Source: Stylophora pistillata (Eukaryota). From it: a DNA stretch of 64,000 nt. The first letter of the stretch is position 1; the number at the start of each line of letters is the position of its first letter. Below, piece by piece: positions 53,883-64,000 of this stretch. The DNA lies in the NCBI RefSeq assembly GCF_002571385.2, contig NW_019217807.1:986840-1050839 (forward strand), given 5' to 3'. The position numbers and the translations under genes were made by a program. The notes below the pieces were generated by a model. The model did not search any database, was not told the origin of the DNA, and saw only the letters and a list, made by a program, of their open reading frames with translations.

Positions 53883-55701
53883 TTATACGTAAGATGGTTT
53901 GTCACAAGAATGATAGCCATTCATCTCGATATGAGATATGTGAGATCTCAGAGAGCTGTTTTCTTTCAAAGAATTTTTTCCTCGCACAGAATTTCCTTTG
54001 GCTGATCTAAGCGAGGTCCGCTCGCTATAAATCGATCTCTCCAAAACCATCTCCTGTCTGCGAATACCAGGGACTATATAGAAACAAGAAAACGCAAGAA
54101 GTCTCTTAAACGCTGAACGAAAGTCCTTGTTCATGCAAGCGTATATGATGGGGTTCAGTACGCTGTTGACATAATGCAACCACTTAGCTGCCAGGACTGC
54201 CTCTTTAGGGATTGGTAAGCAGCTTTTGCACAAAGCATACACGAGGTTTAAGACAAAGAATGGACCCCAACAAATGACGAAAGCGCCAATCACTGCTCCA
54301 ACTGTTTTAGCCGCTTTGAGTTCTTTGGAGAGAAGAAATCTCTTTGGACTTCCATGGACTGTCAGAATTATCTTCTTGATCTGATGATGCGCCACTCTGT
54401 AGATCTGCATGTAACATAGGAGCATAATAGCCAAAGGAATCAAGAAACATGACACACTGACGGCGATTTCGTAGAACGGTGGAGGAACGGACCAGAGGAT
54501 GAGTTTTAACACCGCCATGAAGATGGAGAACAACCATATGCCAAAAATGGCAATGACAGCTTTACGGGTTGTCATTCTGTTGTGGTAAGTGAGTGGTGAA
54601 GAAATGCATACGTAACGTTCTAGGCTTATGAAACAAAGATGGAGAATTGATGCAACACCGCAAAGAATATCGACACAGCTCCAAACCTGTGAACAAAGTT
54701 GAGAAAAAAAAGACAAACTTAGGGGAGGAGGAGGGAAAATTTTGTTTGGGGGGGGGAGGGGCAATTACATGATTTTCAGCGGTAACAGAGCGTGGTTTAG
54801 TCCTAGTTGAGAAAGTTTGAAGGGTGAACTATCGAAACCATAGACCGGAGAGAGTAGTCCTGGGAAGGACTGTTGACAGGAGCAGTGACTGACGTTTCTA
54901 TTACTTTAAATGTTAAGACTCGACTCCAATGATGACCTCCACTGAAGTCGTCGAAATGTCCGTCACTTTTACCGTTGACAGTCCTCAAAACTACTCTCAT
55001 ACTATTCTGCAGTACAGGCTTCTTACTGTGGCGAATTAACGTAACGAGCTCGCAATTGTTTATTCGACCGGCCATGTTTGACCGTAGGGTTTACTGAGTA
55101 GAGTGGACGGTGGGGATAGGGGGCTGGAAAAAGTGACAACCAAAATCAATTTCTACCCTCACCCCTCCCCTCTTCTACCTTTCGACCATCGCTCACTCCC
55201 ACATTTCTTACTCTCCCACAACCTTCCGCTTTCTCGTTATAACTCGTCGAGAAAGTGTTATAATAATTATTGCGCCCTATCCTTGTAAGCTGTCAAAAAC
55301 TCTGGAGCAATTTCGCTGGGAAACTGAGGAGGCAAGCATTACGAAAATGTAGTAGCTACATGCTACTATTAAAGAATAAGAAAAAAAAAATCGTCCAATT
55401 TTACCTGTTGAACCCAATTATTAAACTTCCATTCTGGTCCAGTGATAATGTACGCGCCCCAGACGGGCATCGAAATTCCTGCCACCAAAATGTCTGCCAC
55501 GGCAAGTGACACGATGAAATAATTGGTCATATTACGAAGCTTCTGAAACACACGAAAGGCAATGACAACCAGAACATTTCCAAACAGCGCCAATAAGATG
55601 ATAATAATGAGAAATGTGATGGAAATGAGAATGGTTTTCTGATCGAATTTCTCCTCAACGGCGGTTCCATTGTTATTCAGCTTTGGAGTGGGGCTTGTCA
55701 T
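53883..55701 (-). CDS. Class A GPCR, biogenic-amine-receptor-like, 2 coding exons (55405-55701 + 53883-54686), 366 aa
   Basis: Exon 1 MTSPTPK...GNVLV...NYFIVSLAVAD...WVQQ|gtaaaa joins in phase 0 to cag|VWSCVDILC...ERY...ELKAAKT...CWGPFF...NSVLNPIIY; TM3 Asp (D3.32) is present. Confidence 0.94.
54843..54998. mobile_element. Decayed palindromic Penelope-type repeat in the GPCR intron
   Basis: Inverted arms gagagtagt..aggactgt..gtgactgacgtttc and gaaatgtccgtcac..acagtcct..actactctc; hammerhead core is degenerate. Confidence 0.45.
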
Positions 55702-55737
55702 CTCAAACTGAAATTGAAACACAGTACATGGAATTAT

Positions 55738-55900
55738 TAAGGACCAGTTATTATTTGTCAAATGGGAGAGGGTTGGGTGCGGAGGATTTTGGGAGGATTA
55801 GATGATATTTAGGGGGGAAGGAGGATCAGTTGTTCCTAGTAGAGTGTAAGGGGGGGGGGGGCTATATAAAGTTGACCGCCTAGAAGGGGGGAAATCAAAA
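55738..55900. mobile_element. G-rich MITE family; related pieces at 53527-53675 (-), ~54720-54800, ~33150-33290, ~45020-45150
   Basis: ttaaggaccagttattattt...ggaggattttgggaggat...agagtgtaaggggggg matches the reverse complement of 53527-53675. Confidence 0.55.
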
Positions 55901-58900
55901 AGAAAACCTTATGGGCGGGGGGGTTCTGATAAATCCTCTCCTTCGGCCACACCGGTACACCACAATGAACAAAGTTGAAAACGGTATTTTCAAACTAAAA
56001 AGAAAACGAGAGTTTTCCGTCCGCTTTGGAGGGCCAATAACAAGTATTTCGTCCAGAATTCGAGGCATTGATTCGAAAACGCAACAATACTGGCGGCTGA
56101 AACGTTTAAGCACACTTTTGGGTAATATATAATGATCCTCTGATTATTCCGCCAAAGGGAGAAAAAAAAATTGAAAAATATATCGGAAGTGATTGGTGTT
56201 AAAGGTCAGCTTAGTGATGTGAAGGTCTGTTCATGACACAGTTAACATTTCAATGACATCATGAACAATAGCAGTGATTCACTTACAGTAGAGACCCTTC
56301 ATGTTTCGCAAAACCCGCTTCGAATTACTTCCCGCCATGTTAGGGTAAAAGATTAATAGTGATTGTAACGCAATTTCCGATTAGCACGTGACTCGGTCGT
56401 CTGTAGAACAAGGCCGATAACACGACCTCAAAAGACTGACAGGAATCAGAAGTCACACTGGAATTACGGAAGAACAGAGGTATTAATTTCACTCATTTTT
56501 TTCTATTTCTTAAAGCAAGATTCAGGTCACTTTTTTTCTTTATCAGTTTCCTCTTGCTTTGGATTCAAAGCGTATTTTGAAAATTGCGCTCGACATATCA
56601 TGGTGCGCATTTTCAGCTCTCTGTGCAATGACACGTGAGATGTACTATTTTCATATCTTCGCTCATTGTATTCACAGTTCGATATTGGCGAGGAATTTCC
56701 TGGTTTTTTCATAACATTTAGTTTAAAAAATTGAAGGAGAAACAGCCGAGAATACACACGACGTTTACGTCTCAGTTTAGTGGGAAGTGTTTGTAATCTA
56801 TAAATAAATAACATATGTTAGTTTGCAAAAGACTCAAATGGTTGTAATCATGGAACATATAGCATTATAATGCAGTATGATGCACGATCCTTCGCAGTAG
56901 AAAGCGCTATTTATGCAATAGCGAAAATCAGACCTGAAAAAAAATCAGGCCTCTACGGGATTCGAACCACTGACCTCTGCGATACACGATACACGATACA
57001 CATACGCAGTTCAAAATATATGAACTTCAAATATTCATTGTATTATAATGCAGATTAACACAGTCTCCCTGTACAACATATTTAAATTAGCGCTATTTTC
57101 ACAATGATAGTAATTATGTGAAAGATTTCGTGCGGCGAATGTTTAGAAGAACTACATTTGAAAAGAATTGATCATGCTGCGAAAATCAGGAAGCTTTGCC
57201 GGATGGGACGACCATAGGTCAAACATTTGATTGGCAAAGGACAAACGTGGGCTGAAAAAGAGGAAAAGCAAATCTTTAGAAATAACAATTTATCATCCTT
57301 TTACCCCAACCGATCGTAGATTCTCCAAATTCGAGTCTCTTCTTCAGCGAGATAAGAGCTAGTTATGTAAGCTTTACACGCGAAAAAGAAAATGGCATTT
57401 GCACAATTCTTTCCACATTTGATCTCGGAAGTTATGGTGTATAGTAAGGAACTTGGCTGTTACTTGTTTCTGTGTTGGTCTTTTAAAATTGTCAAGAAAC
57501 GATGACCTGAGCCTCATCAATTTTGCACCTCAGCGTTAATATTATTCAAATGAAAAGTGGATTTTTCGATGTCATTACTTCAATGTAATTAAGTGAAATT
57601 GCTGAATCTTTATGAGCTTTTTTTTTTCGTCACATTTTCTGTCTTGTGAGACATAGATTGCAGTTGAAGAAAAAAGGAATCATAAACTTTGAAAATAAAA
57701 GTGAAAATAACAACTGAAGAAGAATCAATGATCAAAAAAACTTTCCAAATCCCTATGACAACCAAAAAAAATAAACTTGACGTGTTTTTTCGGTATCGAT
57801 TTTGAAGTGGAATTTGAAAAGATTTTCATTTCTTTTATTGTTTGTTTGTTTTTTAATGGTAATAGGCATCATGAGTATATGTACATAAGTCTGCCAGCTC
57901 ATTTTGTTGCTTTGATGAGTTTCATTGCGATGACATAAAAGGGACCTGAATGAATTATTGTTGGAAACAAAATTTATGCGGACAACTGAGATTTCAAAAA
58001 CCGTCAAAATCGCAGAGAAATCATAAATGAGAAAGTCTTGACGGGTTTTTAGAGCATTTTTCGAATAGAATTCTCTTCTTTGAAGCGATAGATACCTGTA
58101 AATTATCTTTTAAAAACGTGCCCTGAAATCTTACCGGTACAATGTCTGGACGGTGGGTCTAACAGCTGTCCTTTCAAACTAACAGAATGAATCACACTTT
58201 TTGACAAGCGGCTGTTGGTAGCATTGGAAGGTAGGTGCGCGCTGAACCCCTCTATCAGCTGAAAATAAATTTTCTTGTGGTCTTGATTATCAGGTTCGTC
58301 CACAAAACAAAATGTCTTATTTCCTCCTTCGCGAGGATTGAATACTATATATTTGACCTGATTGACTGGCGAGTGACAACAGAACGATGTCTATAAATGC
58401 TGAAAGCTTCCAAGAATCACAATAAGTGATTTACAGCGTAATAACCTCGCAATAGACGCAATTTCCACCAATCAGAACACAGTATTTCTCATCGTGGTCT
58501 GCAAGTGATAAGGCTAATAAAAAACACTTTTAAGAATTGTAATTCATTCAAAATTCTGCGATAATAATGAAAGAGTTTTCAGTTTTCTGTTGATTTCTAA
58601 TGTCAGGTCTACGGTTGATGGAGCTAATTGGGCGAAAAATTAATTCAATCTAAGAAAGATTTCGCATCTTAATTAAATTATGGAAATTTGTGAAGTAACT
58701 CAGTAGCTTCTCCGGAAACAAAGGAAATCCATTTAAAATAAAGATCCAATTTATGTTAGAGCGCTACAGATATTATTATACCTTATTTTTAGAGATTTCC
58801 ATCGTTAGGGTGCTGTGCTATTCTTAGCATGTGAAATTATCATGTTCTAAATGTTATTGTCTAGGCCAATTTAGGTTAAACGACCATGGATGTACACGAT

Positions 58901-61900
58901 GCTTTTAACAACCTCCATAAATGATCTGTTGTCATGTTCATATTTAATCATTAAGTGCACGAAACAATGGCCAGAGTAGGCAACTGGCCTATTCTTCGAT
59001 TTTCCTAAAGCGTTCTAAATCGTCATTGCTTCTATGAAGTGGTGAAGAAAAATCCACGAACTTGGAAAATTGCTTTGTAATTAATGGCTGCGAATTATTT
59101 CTTGAAAGTCGCGCAAACCTAGGCTTTTTAAATGTAAAATTTAAATATAAAATTTAAATGGTTAAAAGCCGTAAATATGCTACCATTCTGAAGCACTGCT
59201 CTGTTATATTTTTTCATGTTTGGTGATTTGATTACGGCGATCTGACCTACATTCCTTTGATGTCTTACTTCACTTATTATAAAAGCTTTCAAATGTAGAA
59301 ATGAATTCAAGTTAATGTTGTAAATTCATCACTTTTGCAATTTTTGTTCATTGATAAAAACTTTTTAAAGACTAACCAAGAAGAAAGGGTGGCAAGGATC
59401 CTTTGTTGAATCTTGTTGTTTTTCTCTCGCTTTACGATATTGTCTGTAGTCTAGTTTGTATTGATTTACTTTCTTTGTTCACCGAGGACGACCTTTTTTT
59501 TTCTGCGCAGTATGAAACGATGTTCTCTAGGAATCGCACGCTGAGTGTGTAGTAGGCATGGAAATTGAATATTTTAGTCTTGTCCACAGAATCCAGTTTT
59601 CACTGCACACCAGTATCCGCTGGATGTTTCTAGCTATTATGATTGATGCCTAAAACTGTCTATTTTTGAAAAGTTAAAGCATGTTCGCTTTGCTTTGTTG
59701 TGCACAGAAATGTTTCAAAATATGATTTTCATGCCACACGACGACCAAGTTCGTCGCGCGAGTCAAAAGGAGCCAGTCACTCCCAGAGTTCCACGCGGCA
59801 CTCTAACATAGATGTTTTTTTTTAACTGATTTTTAAAAATTTTTTGTAACTCGCGCAACAGACTTCGCCGAAAAGGAGGAACTGCTCGTCGTTTACACGA
59901 CCATATAAAATTTATTTACCTTTGGTGTTAGTGATGTAGATAAATCCCATGACAACTTAAGAGTACTTGGTGAGATTCTTTTTTGGCAAAGGTGTTTACA
60001 ATGTGAGTCAAGATATGAACACGATTTATTCTGATTAGCGTAAACTACCATTGAAGGAAGTTGGGATCAGAAGAGGTTATGGCCAAGGGGTAAATCTTAC
60101 ATTTGCCATCATGGAAATTCACAAGCTATGATTATCATAAAAAAAAGTGATTAGCGTTTATCTTGTGGGAGATTCACGCAAACCTCCAATTTCACTGAAC
60201 CCGTGTTAGCTTCTGGGTCATTTGAAAGGAACGAAAGTGCATGCTTAGCAATTTGTAAATCTTGCTTTCAAGCTGTTTTCGCTTTGATTGAAGAGCAAAC
60301 GTAACTAATCTGCCCCTCATATCATGCAATGAAGATTAAGCGATTTGATTCAGGGAAGACCGTTTGCTATCAGTTATAATTATGTTAAGCTTAAGTTCGC
60401 GGCGTGCCAACGTTCTTGTGCGTAATTTTCTTATAATTAACATAAACCGTAGATAAATTCAACAGTCATGGAAGTAGATAAGGAAATGCTGATAATCGAG
60501 CTGTTCCGAAAAGGGAAGCAGTTTAACATTTAAGAGTCAGTTGTATTCATTTGTGTCTAAGTAAAAATTTCAATGTCAAGATTGCCACGATTCCCTACTC
60601 CAGTCTTGAGAAACGAGGCAGTTTAGGAGTTTTTTGTGATGCATATAGGGACATTCGTCAGCCTGTTTGTCAAGGGAATATTCCCTTCAAATTCTAAGAT
60701 TCGAATGGTTAAATTTTATTAAAGTATTCATATAAAGTGCCTTTGAATTAAGTTATTTTAAAACAAATATGTATAGCCTCATTTGCGAAGCATAAGTGCC
60801 GAATATTAAAATTCATATGAAAGTTCCTCTTTATTTGCGCTAACTTCGAATGTGAATCAAAACAAAATGAAATTAAACTCTACAGCTTTAACAGTATTGG
60901 GTTTACTTTCCTGCTGTTGAAAGCCAAATATAGGACATTGTGTTCATCTGTTCATAATTGCTGAATAAAGTTGTAAAGTTTGGAAAAAAAACCGTTGCTT
61001 CATTTAACAAACTTACATACTGATCACGAATGTATGAGCACTATTTCTACGGAATGCCAAAGTATTCTAGGAAGAAGTTTTCTTCGGATCTCTAATCCTT
61101 CAGTATTAAATTATAATTTAACAAAAAAACTAATATTACATTTGCTTGATATGCATCTTTTTCATAAACTATTACCATGCGTGCACAATGGCTGAGAAAA
61201 AGCGTGATCACAGAAAGCTGTTCAAGACATCTTTCGTTCATTTAATTTCAATGGTGACATTTTGCTTTCACTACCTGACAGCCGCGGGGTACAATCATTA
61301 TTTACGTTTAAAAAGCTTCGAATGTTTCCTTTCTGATAAAATAAGATATTGATAATCGACATCAGCTGTAATACTTCATATTTCTGCCACACGCCGGTTT
61401 GTTTTGCAGATATCGTAGACGCCAAGTCTATATTTAAAGTGTTTTTATTTGTAAACACATTTCTTTAACTTTCCTGTGTGATTTTACGGTTAACATGCAA
61501 GAAAATTAAAAGGAAAAATCCAAAAAATGAGCCAGCTATTAAAGAGGAGTTTTACAGGGGTCAAAAACCTTTGATAAACGGGATGTCAAGGAACAAACGT
61601 GTATTTATTTTTTTTCCTGAAAATCAACATTTGTTAAAATCACTCACAAATCAAAATGATGCGAAAGTCGGGAATAATTATTATGTTTTTATCCGTTCTT
61701 ATAAGAAGACAAGTTTTTCTTAATTCAAAAGTATTCGTAACTTGAGTTGAAATTGTAGTTAAAGACTCAATTTTTTAAATTTTCTTGAGTTTATCTTCCA
61801 TCTGTAGACTAAAGCTTGCTATGGTCGTGTCAGAGTACAACATTTTCCCTGTGCAGATGTAGAACCATATTATTAAAGATTTTTCCGGGAAATAGAATGA

Positions 61901-64000
61901 GCGTTTTCAAAATACATTTTAATAGTTTTATTTTGTTTCGTTTCAATATGTAGCCAACGACTTCACCACGAAAAAGGTGAAAATATTCCCGAAAAAGGTG
62001 CAGATACGCACATAGTAATTACGGGATTTATGTCATAAATGAGGAACTTTGGTGCACGGCTGAAAAATGTCAGCGTCTTTGAGCGTATAGGTTTATTTCA
62101 GTTTTTATGCTGTATATCTTTTTGTTGAGGTTGTTTCTTTATTTTACTTTCGAAAACGCAAAGTCTACAAAACATCGCGTTTGAACGTTTGCTAACAGCA
62201 TAGGCCATCCATCATCTTCATCGTATTTTGAAAAGAATCGAAGCTGCAGAAAAGGATCTACAAAACGGAAATCCGGATAGTCTCTTGAAAGACTGCGCTA
62301 ATTGGAGAAATTGTATTCGACGGGCAACGTTTATATGTTTATGCCTTATGATTCATCGGCTGAAATGCGTCAGCTAACAAGAAAGAACGAAAACATTTAA
62401 AAAAAAAATACATTTTTTTTTTAGAGCGGACGTCAACTGAAGAGGGTATAAAGACGGCTTTACTTTCAGTATCCTTTTTTTGATTTGTCTTAGAAAGAAT
62501 CAGTATTTTTTATTCTGCCTCGATAGCCTACTTTGATACAAAATAATGGCAGTCTCTCTCAAAAAGTATTTTCCTATTCCAACTTAAACAAGAGAAATGA
62601 CAGCAATTTTTTTCAAAGCTGGAAAAGTTGAATAAAAAACTAAATAGCCAAACAGAATGGCTTGTTAAGAAACTTACATAAGTACAATTTTTCGCGAGCG
62701 TTAGGGCCCGACGCGGTGTCTTTAAATGATCCCGCTTCTTTGTGTAGTCAAAGATCAAAGGCTGAAATGCATACGGTATATTTGTTTACTTTTGTATTCT
62801 CGATTTTGTCAGCAAACGTGCGTTTTACCCCGATAAGTATCAAATAATTGACTCACGCAGTCTGGTTCGTTATGCCCAGACAATCGTTTTAAAGACGAGA
62901 TGGAATTAACTTTAAATTCAAACGCATGGGAGAGAACTTGAAACGCAAACTGAATTTCTTTGCGACTGAATAGATGCGTGGTGTTTTCTTAATGCACAGG
63001 TTAAATTTTTCAGGCATTGGGAGGTAAATTTGTTTTGTCACAGGATTTCAACGATCAGATCAGAGAATTATTGTTTAGTTCACCGAGTCTATATCTGATA
63101 GCCTTTTGTCGAGATTTTGAAGCCAGAGACTTCCTATCGCTAACATGTAGGGTTTGCGTGTAAAAAGCGAAGTTGATATGTTTTTGTTAATCTGGATGTA
63201 GCGCCCTTTCTCTGAGACAATATGATTGAAGTTCTCGACCGCATTTCCTACATTAGCTATTGAGGAGTATAATTTTTTACCTTAATATTGTCTTGTCTGT
63301 TCTCATATATCGTCACCAACATCTATCAGCGCACGAGATATCACTTGTACACACCAACCGTGCTTTTATCCCCAAACAAAAAGAAATAAAAACACTAAAA
63401 CTTGTTTTGTTCAGCTTCGCCAATCTCTAGCAAGCAGAAAAGCTTGCTGCCATGGTAACCATCTATGGTTCCGGCCAGAAGGCCCCTCGTTGCTCATAAG
63501 ACAACGATGATGCTGGGGCAACATCCTTCTTTTGAGTTACTTTTCTTCGATTTCTTGAGCGATGAAATTAATGTCCAATCCTGGAATTCGCGAGCAGTTC
63601 TGTTTCACCGCGGGAAATATCTTAGAAAACCTAAAATTATAAAATAGTATTTATAATACCTGAACGTCTTACGAATATCATTTGTGCCAAACCGTCTATA
63701 ATTTGCTCGATCATTATTCTGAAGGGATATTGTAAATATTTATTTCCACGATAGTTTTACATATGTTTAAAAACAATAGTCTATAATGGCAACATCAGCG
63801 AGGAATTGGGGAAAAATATCGTTTTAACCCAGCGACTTTTTAGTCCAAATAAAAAACTTCACTAAATACTTTTTGGTTCCTCAGTGCGGAAGGGGTGTGA
63901 AATTTTTACGGCCGTCCAAAAGACGTGAGATTTTTTAAGTTTTCTTTTCTAGACACGTTGTGAAAATTCCACATTTACAAATTTCGCACATTGCTCAGTA

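Noticed and set aside
56000-64000. Short ORFs of 60-95 aa
   Set aside because: No recognisable domains or consistent splice-bounded frames; treated as intergenic or 5' regulatory/intronic sequence.

Overview
Eukaryotic (animal) genomic DNA, AT-rich, with spliceosomal introns and three N-gaps (2643-2653, 31067-31260, 53294-53526). The repeat families resemble those I recall from scleractinian corals (Pocillopora-like); this is inference, not a database result. Main content: (1) a complete 46-exon SNRNP200/Brr2 gene (+, 12038-43919, 2138 aa, one GC-AG intron); (2) two convergent class A GPCR genes, one intronless peptide-receptor-like (+) and one two-exon aminergic-like (-); (3) a small spliced gene on the - strand encoding a 107-aa secreted 6-Cys cystine-knot protein with neurotrophin/Spaetzle-type spacing, only partly visible in the ORF track; (4) a 5.3-kb CACTA/EnSpm-like element carrying SAM-domain exons; (5) many MITEs, SINEs, a LINE fragment and Penelope-type hammerhead-like repeats. 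The most notable unannotated signal is a set of structured RNA candidates in SNRNP200 introns: two paralogous C/D-box RNAs with compensatory variant boxes, a SNORA5-like H/ACA RNA, and a ~255-nt H/ACA+CAB-like orphan RNA. A ~750-bp tandem unit carrying repeated CCAAT boxes and splice donors lies upstream of the intronless GPCR. No coding sequence was found from 56 to 64 kb.
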